Shown piece by piece: positions 19,289 through 28,712 of a DNA stretch of 64,000 bases. The stretch covers positions 960,001-1,024,000 of the forward strand of contig CBDCWI010000001.1 of NCBI GenBank assembly GCA_965223325.1. The letters run 5' to 3'. The DNA comes from Candidatus Multivoradales bacterium. GTDB lineage: Bacteria > Acidobacteriota > Thermoanaerobaculia > Multivoradales > Multivoraceae. A model generated the notes under the pieces. It was given only the letters and a program-made list of their open reading frames with translations, made no database searches and was not told the origin of the DNA. Made by a program: the position numbers and the translations under genes. Every line of letters starts with the position of its first letter. The stretch's first letter is position 1.

Positions 19289-20311
19289 CTAGGTCGACTC
19301 GATGAAGTCGGACACGATCCCAGCTAGAACGTCGCCGCGCGCTTCCTGCAGAAAGTGACCACCGCCTTCAATCGTCTGGTGGGCCTGGCCCTTGGCACCA
19401 GGAATGCGCGCCTTGAGCACCGCGTCGGCCCCTCTGGTGACCGGATCGTTGTCGGTGAAGGCACACAGGAAGGGTTTCTGCCACTCACTGAAGACCGCCC
19501 AGGCCGCCAGCTGACGCGCGGTCGCCGGGTCGCCGGGCAACGTGGGCACCTGACTCGGCATGGCGCGTGGTCCCATCTTGTAGCTGGGGTCAGGAAAGGG
19601 GGCATCGTAGGCTTCGATCTCGGCGGTCGAAAGCGGCGCGCCTCCACCGCCGGCGACTGAAGCTCCCACCACCATGCCAATAGGAATGTCTTCGGTCTCC
19701 CAGGTCCACTTCTGCCAGTGCGCAAAACCCATTTCACGATCTTCGGGAGCCAGGGTCGAGATCGCACCCATCATCTCCTGCATCGATGGCGTCGGCACCT
19801 CGTCACTGCGAAATCGGCGCACCGCCTCGGCCTTTTCTTCGGGCAGCTCACGCGGCACCGGCAGCCCGGTGTTGGCTGCCACCACGCGCGCGAAGCGCTC
19901 GGGGTTCTCGGCCACCATCCGCAGGCCAATCAGGCCGCCCCAGTCCTGGCCAACCAGGGTCGCGTTCTGCACGTCGTTCTTCTCGAGCCAGGCATTGAAC
20001 CAGTCGACCTGACCGTCGTACGTGTAGTCCTCGCGCGCAGCCGGCTTGTCAGATCGCCCAAAACCCACCAGGTCGGGTGCTAGGACCCTTATGCCGCGCG
20101 AGGTGAAGACCTCGATCATGTGGCGATAGAGAAAACTCCAGGTCGGCTGCCCGTGCATGCAGAGCACCAGCGGACCGTCTGCAGGACCGACGTCTACGTG
20201 GTGGATGCGCAAGCTGCCGCCGGCGCCATCGGGCACCTCGGTGTAGTGCGGCGGATGGTCAAAGCCGGGCACTCTGTCGAATCGTTCGTCGGGCGTGCGG
20301 AGAATCTTCAT
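19289..20311 (-). CDS. Haloalkane dehalogenase (HLD-I-like alpha/beta hydrolase)
   Basis: MKILRTPDERF start, HGQPTWSFLYR, 'APDLVGFGRSDKP', nucleophile GQDWGG, 'AYDAPFP', DPVT acid, GGGHFLQE base. Confidence 0.9.
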   Translation of the reverse strand: MKILRTPDERFDRVPGFDHPPHYTEVPDGAGGSLRIHHVDVGPADGPLVLCMHGQPTWSFLYRHMIEVFTSRGIRVLAPDLVGFGRSDKPAAREDYTYDGQVDWFNAWLEKNDVQNATLVGQDWGGLIGLRMVAENPERFARVVAANTGLPVPRELPEEKAEAVRRFRSDEVPTPSMQEMMGAISTLAPEDREMGFAHWQKWTWETEDIPIGMVVGASVAGGGGAPLSTAEIEAYDAPFPDPSYKMGPRAMPSQVPTLPGDPATARQLAAWAVFSEWQKPFLCAFTDNDPVTRGADAVLKARIPGAKGQAHQTIEGGGHFLQEARGDVLAGIVSDFIEST

Positions 20312-20342
20312 GGTGCTTCCTATCCGTAGTTGATACAAGGCG

Positions 20343-21401
20343 TCAGGCGAACAGTGCTTCGCAGCCGCTCCCTGCAAGAATCTCGAGGGTGGCCGAACGA
20401 TCGGCCTCGGAGAGGGCCTCGAACTGCTCGCGTAGCCACACCAGGCACTTGCCCTGGTAAGGAAAGGGCTTCTGGACCCAGGGGCTACCATCAATGGTGG
20501 TCTCGACCTTCGGCGCGCCGGCCTCGAGGGCGCGCGCATTGGCGATCAGGAACGGGGCATAGACACGCCCGATCTCAGCCAGGAGCGGACCGAGGCGCGA
20601 GCCGATTTCCTCGCGGCCCAGCCAGCCGGCGCTGGCATCGTCGTCGTTGGGAAGCTCGAAACCCGAAAGGTCGTCGACGATGTCGCACCAGGCAAACACG
20701 CGCGGCGCGCGCTCCAAGGTGAGCGCCATCGGCGTGGGATCGAACTTGGCGAGCTGACTGAGCTGCCCGTAGGCGGCAAAGTCACACGAACCCGGTCGCT
20801 GGCCGAGAAAGAACGGTTGCTGCTCGAGAAGCTCACGGAACACGGCGAGAAAGCGCTCGTAACTCGCCTCGATCACCGGCGCCGTGGTGTCGTTGGAGCC
20901 GACCACCCAGAGGCGCGAGATCTGACGCTCCCTGAAGACCTCACCCAACCGCTTCATCTCGTCTTCGGGCGCCGAGATATCGCGCCAGCGCGGCAGGATG
21001 TCACCGGACTTTTCGATATCGGCCTGGTAGTACCAGCGGTAGTGGAACATCGCTTTGGTCAACCACTCGTCGGCGTAGTCCTCGATGAGCGCGTCAATGA
21101 AAGCGATGACCGGGTCGTCGGGAACCACCGACCGACCGCGCAGGCCTCCTTCGAAGCGACGGATAAGAGGCGTCGAGTCGACCACCGCCTCCAGTTCTCC
21201 TGTTGCACTGGGCAGGTAGAACGTCGGCAGCAGCTGGACTTTGGGCTTTGGAAGGGCCGAGACTGCGCTGTCGCTTCGGTGGTCCGGGCGGCGGAGAATC
21301 AGCTGATGCGGTACGCGGCGGTAGCGCAGGAGCGCCAACATCTTGCGGGTATAGGGCGAGCCGGGCGCCCCGCTGAAGCGCAGCGGCGGTTCGAGGGTCA
21401 T
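20343..21401 (-). CDS. Glutathione S-transferase family protein
   Basis: 'GSPYTRKM', 'DST', 'EDYADEWLTKAMFHYRW', 'PFFLGQRPGSCDFAAYGQL'; ATG 21401 with GAGG SD. Confidence 0.85.
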   Translation of the reverse strand: MTLEPPLRFSGAPGSPYTRKMLALLRYRRVPHQLILRRPDHRSDSAVSALPKPKVQLLPTFYLPSATGELEAVVDSTPLIRRFEGGLRGRSVVPDDPVIAFIDALIEDYADEWLTKAMFHYRWYYQADIEKSGDILPRWRDISAPEDEMKRLGEVFRERQISRLWVVGSNDTTAPVIEASYERFLAVFRELLEQQPFFLGQRPGSCDFAAYGQLSQLAKFDPTPMALTLERAPRVFAWCDIVDDLSGFELPNDDDASAGWLGREEIGSRLGPLLAEIGRVYAPFLIANARALEAGAPKVETTIDGSPWVQKPFPYQGKCLVWLREQFEALSEADRSATLEILAGSGCEALFA

Positions 21402-21444
21402 CGGTGGACCTCCTCTCAGGGGGGTTCGGCGTTGGAACACCGGT

Positions 21445-21459
21445 TAATGACTGTCATCA
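21445..21459. promoter_or_regulatory. Putative TetR operator (TAATG-N5-CATCA) in the GST/DsbA divergent region
   Basis: TAATGACTGTCATCA resembles the two sites at 26124-26158. Confidence 0.5.
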
Positions 21460-21588
21460 AATCTGTGGTAGACAGTACACCATCCACTCTTCGGGTGCTG
21501 AACCGACTCCGCGCTTCCAGGCCGCTCGGCCCGCTCTTTCAGGGCGCGTGAGGGTCCTGCACCTTAGAAAGTCCTGCACCTTCGAGAC

Positions 21589-22941
21589 ATGTCGATCAAG
21601 ACTGCCATCACATCGCGCATCGTCACCTCGCTGCTCAGCGAGAGTCGCCAGGCCAGAAGGCGAGCGCGCACCGAAGCTCAGCGCCAGCGTCGCGACGAGC
21701 GGCATCGGATCGACTTCTTTCACCAGGTCGACGACCCCTACTCTCATCTGCTTGTCCAGGCCCTCGAGACCGTCGTCGAGCGCTACGACGTCGAGGTTTG
21801 CCTCTGGCTGGTGCCACCGCCCGATGACTGGGCGGCACCTCTACGACCACAGCTCAACGCGTATTCACTGGCCGACGCCCGCCGCCTGGCACGGCGTGCG
21901 GGGCTCTCCTTCGGAGCGCGCGCGCTGCCCGAACGAGAAGCTGTACGGAGCGCCCAGCGAGCATTGGCCGCCGTCATGGAAAGAGAACCAGAAGGCGGGA
22001 GAGCCTCTTCGAAGCAGCTCCTAGAGAGGGCCGCGGAGATTGGCGAGGCGCTCTGGAGTGGTCGTGCGTGCGAGACCGCCGCCGGCACCGGAAACGGCCT
22101 TGATGCTTCAGTCGAAAGGCTCCTCGCGCGCGGTCGAGCGCGAAGAGACGAAGAAGGCCACTACCTGGGCGCAACCTGTCTCTACGGCGGCGAGTGGACG
22201 TGGGGAATCGACCGCCTGTTCTATCTCGAAGAGCGGCTGGCTGCCCTGGGCGCACGACGGCCCGACGCACCGGCTCGACCCGTCTTCGAACCTCCCAGCA
22301 TCCTGGAAGACCCGCCCGAGCGCGCCGCTTTGACCAACCAGACGCTTCCCGACCTGCACTTCTTCCTGTCGTTTCGCTCCCCGTACACCTACATTGTCAG
22401 CGAGCGCGTCCAGCAGTTGGCGACGGCCTACGGGGTTGGCCTGCAACTGCGCTTCGTTCTACCGATGGTGATGCGCGGCCTACCGGTGAATCGGACCAAG
22501 GGTTTCTACATCCTGCGCGATGCAGCGCGCGAGGCACGCCGTTTGGACGTGCCCTTCGGTCGCATTGCGGATCCGGTCGGCAGGCCCACCGAACGTGGCT
22601 ACTCACTGCTCCCCTGGGCGATCGACGAGGGGCGCGGCATCGAATACTGCCGGTCTTTCCTGACCCGAGTGTGGTCAGAAGGTGTCGACGCGGGCAGCCG
22701 ACCTGGCATGCGGCAAATCGTCGAAGCCGCCGGCCTGCCGTGGAACCCTGCCAGGGAGGTGCTAGAGAGCGGCGGAACGGCCGATCACGGGTGGCGAAAA
22801 GAAGCGGCAGCGAACCGCTCCGAGCTCGCCTCTTACGGACTGTGGGGAGTGCCGTCGTTTCGCGTCGGAGATCTGGCCGTCTGGGGCCAGGACCGGCTCT
22901 GGGTGCTCGAGGACGAATACAAGCGAATCTTGAACAACTGA
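21589..22941 (+). CDS. Two-domain DsbA-family / 2-hydroxychromene-2-carboxylate isomerase (kappa-GST-like) protein
   Basis: Tandem domains 'FFHQVDDPYS...WGIDRL' and 'FFLSFRSPYTY...GVPSF...WGQDRL'. Confidence 0.85.
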   Translation: MSIKTAITSRIVTSLLSESRQARRRARTEAQRQRRDERHRIDFFHQVDDPYSHLLVQALETVVERYDVEVCLWLVPPPDDWAAPLRPQLNAYSLADARRLARRAGLSFGARALPEREAVRSAQRALAAVMEREPEGGRASSKQLLERAAEIGEALWSGRACETAAGTGNGLDASVERLLARGRARRDEEGHYLGATCLYGGEWTWGIDRLFYLEERLAALGARRPDAPARPVFEPPSILEDPPERAALTNQTLPDLHFFLSFRSPYTYIVSERVQQLATAYGVGLQLRFVLPMVMRGLPVNRTKGFYILRDAAREARRLDVPFGRIADPVGRPTERGYSLLPWAIDEGRGIEYCRSFLTRVWSEGVDAGSRPGMRQIVEAAGLPWNPAREVLESGGTADHGWRKEAAANRSELASYGLWGVPSFRVGDLAVWGQDRLWVLEDEYKRILNN

Positions 22942-22957
22942 AAAAGAAGGAGAAGAC

Positions 22958-23395
22958 ATGCCGACCTTCGAAAACCAGGTCTACCCCACAAACCCCGAGC
23001 AGATCGCCGCCATGCGCGAGCAGGGGCCTCCAGGACCCATCTACATGGTCAACCTGCTCAAATTCAAAGACCAGGCCGTTTACGCTGACGGCCGCGAGAC
23101 CGACCTCAGCGGGCGGCAGGCCTACGAGTTGTATGGCAAGGCAGTCGCCGAGATTCTCAAAGACTTCGATGGCAGCGTGGTCTTTGCCGCCGACGTCACC
23201 ATGCTGTCGCTGGGCAAGGTCAGCGAACTCTGGGACGAAATCGCCATCGCCACCTACCCGAACCGCGCCGCGTTGGTTGCCATGTCCATGTCCGACGCCT
23301 GGCGCGAAGCATCGGTTCACCGCGAGGCTGGTCTCGCCGGCCAGCTCAACATCGAAACGACGCTCATCGAAGGGTCGCCGGTTCCCGGCGCCTAG
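22958..23395 (+). CDS. DUF1330 domain protein
   Basis: 'GPIYMVNLLKFK..A.Y.DGR', 'WDEIAIATYP', 'HREAGL'; AGGAG SD. Confidence 0.85.
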   Translation: MPTFENQVYPTNPEQIAAMREQGPPGPIYMVNLLKFKDQAVYADGRETDLSGRQAYELYGKAVAEILKDFDGSVVFAADVTMLSLGKVSELWDEIAIATYPNRAALVAMSMSDAWREASVHREAGLAGQLNIETTLIEGSPVPGA

Positions 23396-23421
23396 CCACC
23401 CATTCTCTCCGAGGACTCGAC

Positions 23422-24273
23422 ATGAAGAAACTCGTCATGGCGCTCGCCCTGGTTGGAGGTGCCCTGGTGGTTCTAGCCATCGCTCTCCCGAACGTTCTCA
23501 AGGCCGCTGGCCTGCATCCCGACTTCGAAGAGAGTCGGGAGTTTGACCACTCCGGCAAACGCGCCTTGATCATCACCACCAGCCACGCGGTGCTTGCTCC
23601 ACCTGGAGAAAACAAAGGAAAGCCCACGGGCGTGTTCGCCTCTGAGATGACCGTGCCCTACTACGAGTTCACCGATGCCGGGATGACGGTCGACGTGGCG
23701 AGTGTCGCGGGCGGTGCAATCCCCATCGACCCGCTGTCGTTTCGCTACATGGTCAGAACGCCGGCCGACGAGCGCTACCTCGAAGACCCAGACTTCCAGG
23801 CACTTGTTGAGAACTCTCACCGAATCGACGATCTCGACTTCAGAGCCTACGATGCGATCTTTCTAGCCGGCGGCTGGGGAGCTGCCTACGACCTCGGGTT
23901 CTCCGACGTTCTGGCGCAAAAGATTACCGAGGCCTACTACGCCGAGAGGAAACCGATCATCGGCTCCGTCTGTCACGGTGTGCTCGGGTTGATCAACGCT
24001 CGCAATCGCGACGGTCATCTGCTGGTTGCCGGCCGTCGCATGACCGGGGTCACCGACAAGCAGGTCACCGAGCTGGGGATCGACATCACTCCGCAGCACC
24101 CCGAAACCGAGCTGCGTGCCGCCGGTGCTCTCTTCGAGAGCCGGAGCGCCTTTCGCGACATGCTCGCCACTCATGTCGTTGTCGATGACGAGCGCCGCTT
24201 TGTCACGGGACAGAATCAGAACTCCGGTCACGAGACGGCTCAGAGAATGATGGGAATCCTCGCTGAGCGCTAG
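23422..24273 (+). CDS. DJ-1/PfpI (class I glutamine amidotransferase-like) protein with N-terminal TM helix
   Basis: 'TGVFASEMTVPYY', 'YDAIFLAGGWGA', nucleophile 'SVCHG', 'VTGQN'. Confidence 0.88.
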   Translation: MKKLVMALALVGGALVVLAIALPNVLKAAGLHPDFEESREFDHSGKRALIITTSHAVLAPPGENKGKPTGVFASEMTVPYYEFTDAGMTVDVASVAGGAIPIDPLSFRYMVRTPADERYLEDPDFQALVENSHRIDDLDFRAYDAIFLAGGWGAAYDLGFSDVLAQKITEAYYAERKPIIGSVCHGVLGLINARNRDGHLLVAGRRMTGVTDKQVTELGIDITPQHPETELRAAGALFESRSAFRDMLATHVVVDDERRFVTGQNQNSGHETAQRMMGILAER

Positions 24274-26119
24274 CCGCCAACGTGAGCACTCTCCGGCGCC
24301 GTCGCGAACGGAGCCAGCCCAAACCAACGAGCATTGCGGTTGCCGCAACGATGGTGAGCACGAGCAGGTGTCGCCGCAGGCGATCGTAGGCCATGTTGAT
24401 GCCGAGTTGGCGATCGGGCGAGTACCCGGCTGGCACCTCGAGCACTCCAACGCGCTCGGCGTAGGCCTCGTAGTCGGCCATCAACTTCGCGAAGCGCTGG
24501 GGCTCGATGTTGGCGAGATCCTCGGTCTCGCCAGGATCGCGGGACAGGTTGAACAGGCGCCACACGCGGTCACCCGCCGGCGGTCCCACCCGCACCAACT
24601 TGTAGTCGCCCTTCCAGACCCCACTGTGGCCGGCGGTTTCGAAACCCACCGCGTCGTTCGTGCCGTAGACTCTTGCCGCGGGATCGCTGAGCACTGGCAC
24701 CAGGCTGCGCCCGATCACGGGTTGCATTCCGGCCGCTTCCACCGCATCGACGCCGGCCACCTCGAGCACGGTAGGTGCGATGTCGGTGATGAACGAGAAC
24801 CCACCCGCAAGACCGTGCGCTCTGACACCGGCACCCGCCATGATCAACGGGACGCGTACGCCTCCTTCGCCCCCGTGGAACTTGTAGTAGGCCAGGGGCG
24901 CCGCCGAGGCAGCGGCGAAGTGTGGTCCGATGGCGACGTACGAGCCCTTCTCACCCAGGGTCTCGAAATCCGTGCGATAGCCAACGCTTCGGAGCCAGCG
25001 CCTGAATCCCGCACTCGACATGGGATCGCCGGCCTCGGGACCGTTGTCGGAGAGCACGACGAAAAAGGTGTTCTCACGTTGACCCTCCGCCTCGAGATAG
25101 GCGATCAGCCGGCCCAGGTGGAAGTCCATCGCCTCGAGCATTGCAGCATTCACCGCCATTCGCTTGGCCGCCAGGGCGCGTTCGGAGCGCTCGAGATCGC
25201 TCCACGAGTCCTGTGGCGGTTGCGCGGCGGCTCTGGTTTCCGGTGAAACGATGCCCGCTGCTACGGCGCGCTCGAACCGCGCCCGTCGGAGTTCTTCCCA
25301 GCCGCCGTCGTAGACGCCAAGGTAGCGCTCGATGAACTCGCGCGGGGCCTGCACCGGGATATGGATCGCCTGAAACGCCAGGTAGGCGAAGAACGGTTGC
25401 CGCTCGCTCGCTTCTTCTGCTCGCCGGTGGTCTTCGTCGATGAACTCGATCATCTTGTCGACCAGAAACTCCGACGAGTAGAAGTCATCGGGCAGGTCGG
25501 TAGGCTCGCCATCGGCAAACCACGGCGGCTCGTCGTAGATCGGCAGATAGGAGCGCTTCTCGTAGTTGTCTGCGCCGGTGGCGTCGAGGGCGAAAGTGCG
25601 ATCGAACCCACGCACACTGGGCAGCGTCTGGGGTGTATGACCGAGGTTCCATTTACCACTCAAGTAGGTGCGGTATCCGGCGCGAGAAAGGCGTGTCGCC
25701 AGCGTCACGACGTCTTCGCGCAGGTGGCCCTCGTAGCCGCGTTTGCCGCGCTGACGGAGCGGCGTCGCCTCGTAGAGACTGCCGACTCCGGCGGTATGCG
25801 CGTCGACCCCGGTGAGCAGCATGGCGCGCGACGGGGAACACATCGGCGAAGCGTGAAAGTTGGTGAACTGGACGCCTTCTCGCGCCAGCCGGTCGATGTT
25901 CGGGGTGCGAATCTCACTCCCGTAGGCGCCGAGATCGGTAAAGCCGACGTCATCGGCGACCACGATGACCACGTTCGGGCGCCCCGTCGCCTGCGGATCG
26001 AACTGATCAGGCGTTGTCGCCACCTGACCAGTGGCTGGCTTGGGATCCAAGGCGAGGAGCGCCACCGCCAGGACCAGGAGAGCTGGCGACCGGGAACTCC
26101 CGAGGAGCTCTTCCCTCAT
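24203..26119 (-). CDS. Arylsulfatase (formylglycine-dependent) with signal peptide and C-terminal TM anchor
   Basis: 'RPNVVIVVADDVG', CSPSRAMLLTG, GKWNLG, SDNG; C-terminal hydrophobic helix followed by RSRRRRR. Confidence 0.92.
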   Translation of the reverse strand: MREELLGSSRSPALLVLAVALLALDPKPATGQVATTPDQFDPQATGRPNVVIVVADDVGFTDLGAYGSEIRTPNIDRLAREGVQFTNFHASPMCSPSRAMLLTGVDAHTAGVGSLYEATPLRQRGKRGYEGHLREDVVTLATRLSRAGYRTYLSGKWNLGHTPQTLPSVRGFDRTFALDATGADNYEKRSYLPIYDEPPWFADGEPTDLPDDFYSSEFLVDKMIEFIDEDHRRAEEASERQPFFAYLAFQAIHIPVQAPREFIERYLGVYDGGWEELRRARFERAVAAGIVSPETRAAAQPPQDSWSDLERSERALAAKRMAVNAAMLEAMDFHLGRLIAYLEAEGQRENTFFVVLSDNGPEAGDPMSSAGFRRWLRSVGYRTDFETLGEKGSYVAIGPHFAAASAAPLAYYKFHGGEGGVRVPLIMAGAGVRAHGLAGGFSFITDIAPTVLEVAGVDAVEAAGMQPVIGRSLVPVLSDPAARVYGTNDAVGFETAGHSGVWKGDYKLVRVGPPAGDRVWRLFNLSRDPGETEDLANIEPQRFAKLMADYEAYAERVGVLEVPAGYSPDRQLGINMAYDRLRRHLLVLTIVAATAMLVGLGWLRSRRRRRVLTLAASAQRGFPSFSEPSRDRSSDSVP

Positions 26120-26123
26120 GATC

Positions 26124-26158
26124 TAATGTTCTCCATTACCGTTTGATGACCATCATTA
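26124..26158. promoter_or_regulatory. Tandem palindromic operator sites between sulfatase and TetR
   Basis: TAATG-TTCTC-CATTA (26124-26138) and TGATG-ACCAT-CATTA (26144-26158), 20 bp apart. Confidence 0.6.
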
Positions 26159-26224
26159 CAGCCTCCGTCTGACGGCTGCAAGCAACCGCCCCGCCAGCTT
26201 CGGAGGAGGCGCACGAGGCCACTA

Positions 26225-26947
26225 GTGCAACCCTCTCGATCTGCCCTCACCGTCGACCAATCCACCCGGACTCTTCTTCTCCGCGCCGGCGAACGCCTGT
26301 TCGCAGAAACTGGGATTGCAGGAACGTCGACGCGCGCCATCCTGCGCGCAGCGGGTCAGCGCAACGAATCGGCGCTGCACTACCACTTCGGCGGCCGCGA
26401 GGGCCTCATCGAAGCGATCTATGCCGAACGCGGTGCCGAAGTGAACGAGGAGCGTCGCGCACTCCTCGCCGAGCTTCACGAGAACGGCGACCCTCTGAGC
26501 GTCCGGCAACTGTGCAGAGTGGCCTTCATGCCGCCGGTCCACCTGGCGCGCCGGGACCCCGACTTCTACTGCTTCCTCAAGCTCGTCGGACAGATCGCCT
26601 TCGCGCCCAACGAAACCCTCAAGGCGGCCCAGAAACGCTACGAGCTCGACAGCGTGGCGGAGGTTCTAGAGCTGTTCAAGGCGGCGCTCGACTTGCCGGA
26701 AGCACTTGCACTCCGGCGGCTGGAATTGCTCCATCGTATGGCCGCCACCACACTCGCCCAACGCGCACGCAACAACCAGAGCTTCAAAGGCCGCGCAGCA
26801 GACTTCTACTTCCACACCACCCTCGATGCCATGTCGGCCATGCTGACGACGCCGCCGTCGCCCGAGACTCTCCAGGTTCTCGAGCGCCGCTCAAGGAAGG
26901 GTTCAAAGAGAAGACGCTCGCGTGCAAAAGGCGGGGCCACATCATGA
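26225..26947 (+). CDS. TetR/AcrR family transcriptional regulator
   Basis: HTH 'LLRAGERLFAETGIAGTSTRAI..AAGQRNESALHYHFGGREGL'. Confidence 0.9.
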   Translation: MQPSRSALTVDQSTRTLLLRAGERLFAETGIAGTSTRAILRAAGQRNESALHYHFGGREGLIEAIYAERGAEVNEERRALLAELHENGDPLSVRQLCRVAFMPPVHLARRDPDFYCFLKLVGQIAFAPNETLKAAQKRYELDSVAEVLELFKAALDLPEALALRRLELLHRMAATTLAQRARNNQSFKGRAADFYFHTTLDAMSAMLTTPPSPETLQVLERRSRKGSKRRRSRAKGGATS

Positions 26948-28608
26948 CCCGGCGCGCGAAGGTCATCGTCTCGACGGTTTTCGTTCTCATCGCCCTTTCA
27001 GTGATCGCCTGGAGCAACCGACTCGACATCATGCTGGCGCTGATCGAGTTCCAGCAACAGCGCGCAATCGACATCGGCCCCACCCAGGAGATCGTCTGGG
27101 ATCGCGGGGCGGACCCACGAGGTCGGCCGACCGAAGAGCGGCCGCCCAACATCGTGGTCATCATGGCCGACGACCTGGGTTGGAACGACCTCTCGTGGTT
27201 GGGCGGCGGCGTCGCTGGCGGCAGCGTGCCGACCCCCAACATCGATTCGCTGGCACGAGATGGCGCGCAGTTCAGAAACGGCTACGCCGCCAACGGCACC
27301 TGCGCACCCTCGCGCGCCGCGCTCATGACCGGTCGCTACGCGACTCGCTTCGGTTTCGAGTTCACCCCGACCCCCGCCGGGATGATCTCGACCGTCGCCC
27401 GTCTCGGCAACCAGCAGCCCGGCAGGCTCCGGGAGTCGACCCTCGTCGAAGGCCCGACATCGATGGCCTACGACGACATGGGCATGCCACCGTCTGAGAT
27501 CACCATCGCCGAGATGCTGCAACAGGCCGACTACCACACCGTGCATATCGGCAAGTGGCATCTCGGCCGAAACGGCGGCATGGCACCGCACGACCAGGGA
27601 TTCGACGAGAGCCTGCTGATGGTGAGCGGCCTCTACCTGCCCGAAGACGACCCGCGAGTGGTCAATTCGAAGCAGGACTTCGACCCCATCGATCAGTTCC
27701 TGTGGCGCGCCATGTCCTATGCCGCCTCGTGGAACGGCGGCCCCGCCTTCGAGCCCGACGGCTACCTCACCGACTACTACACCGACCAGGCGGTCTCCGC
27801 CATCGAAGCCAACCGCGAGCGGCCCTTCTTCCTCTACCTGGCGCACTGGTCGGTTCATACACCGCTGCAAGCCCTTCGCGAGGACTACGACGCGCTGGCC
27901 CACATCGACGATCACCGTCTGCGGGTCTACGCCGCGATGGTGCGCTCGCTCGATCGCAGCGTCGGTCGAGTGCTCCAGGCGCTCTCTGATTCCGGGCTCG
28001 AAGAAAACACGTTGGTCTTCTTTACCTCGGATAACGGCGCGCCTGCCTACATCGGTCTACCGAGAGTCAACGAGCCATTTCGCGGCTGGAAGATCACCTT
28101 CTTCGAAGGCGGCATTCATGTGCCCTACTTCATCAAGTGGCCGGCGAGAATCCCTTCCGGCCTGGTCTTTGATGCTCCCGTACACGGGTTCGACATCTTT
28201 TCGACCGCCGCCTCGGCAGCTGGCGTCGCTCTACCGGGCGATCGAGCAATCGACGGCAAGGACCTGGTTCCATACGTTCTCGGCGAGGTCGAAGGAGAGC
28301 CGCACGAAAAGCTCTTCTGGCGCACCGGCAACTACCAGGTCGTACTGGCCGATGGCTGGAAGCTCCAGCAGAGCGACCCACCAGGCAACGACTTCTTGTT
28401 CAACCTGGCGGTCGACCCCACCGAACAGAACAACCTCGCCACCCAGGAGCCCGAGCGCGTCGCCGCTCTTCGGGCGCTCCTGGAAGCCCACAACCGGGAA
28501 CAGGTGCCCCCTTCCTGGCCATCGCTTCTCAAGTCGCCAATCAATATCGACAAGACCGGCGACCAGCCGGACGCGCCTTCTGACGACTACATCTACTGGT
28601 ACAACTAG
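26944..28608 (+). CDS. Sulfatase (formylglycine-dependent), N-terminally anchored
   Basis: ATGA overlap with the TetR stop; 'PPNIVVIMADDLG', CAPSRAALMTG, GKWHLG, TSDNG. Confidence 0.92.
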   Translation: MTRRAKVIVSTVFVLIALSVIAWSNRLDIMLALIEFQQQRAIDIGPTQEIVWDRGADPRGRPTEERPPNIVVIMADDLGWNDLSWLGGGVAGGSVPTPNIDSLARDGAQFRNGYAANGTCAPSRAALMTGRYATRFGFEFTPTPAGMISTVARLGNQQPGRLRESTLVEGPTSMAYDDMGMPPSEITIAEMLQQADYHTVHIGKWHLGRNGGMAPHDQGFDESLLMVSGLYLPEDDPRVVNSKQDFDPIDQFLWRAMSYAASWNGGPAFEPDGYLTDYYTDQAVSAIEANRERPFFLYLAHWSVHTPLQALREDYDALAHIDDHRLRVYAAMVRSLDRSVGRVLQALSDSGLEENTLVFFTSDNGAPAYIGLPRVNEPFRGWKITFFEGGIHVPYFIKWPARIPSGLVFDAPVHGFDIFSTAASAAGVALPGDRAIDGKDLVPYVLGEVEGEPHEKLFWRTGNYQVVLADGWKLQQSDPPGNDFLFNLAVDPTEQNNLATQEPERVAALRALLEAHNREQVPPSWPSLLKSPINIDKTGDQPDAPSDDYIYWYN

Positions 28609-28712
28609 CGCCCCTGCTGCACCATCGTCGGGTTCTGGTTTCCTGACACGATGGGGCCTCCTCCCCCACCCGTTCCGTCGCCTGGACGCTCAAACAGCGA
28701 AAGGAAGTCGTC

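Noticed and set aside
19289-20539. ORF-track N-terminal extensions (dehalogenase to 20539, sulfatase from 26512, amidohydrolase to 37264, PKD protein to 32298)
   Set aside because: They overlap neighbouring genes or terminators; internal starts with SD sequences or family-typical N-termini fit better.
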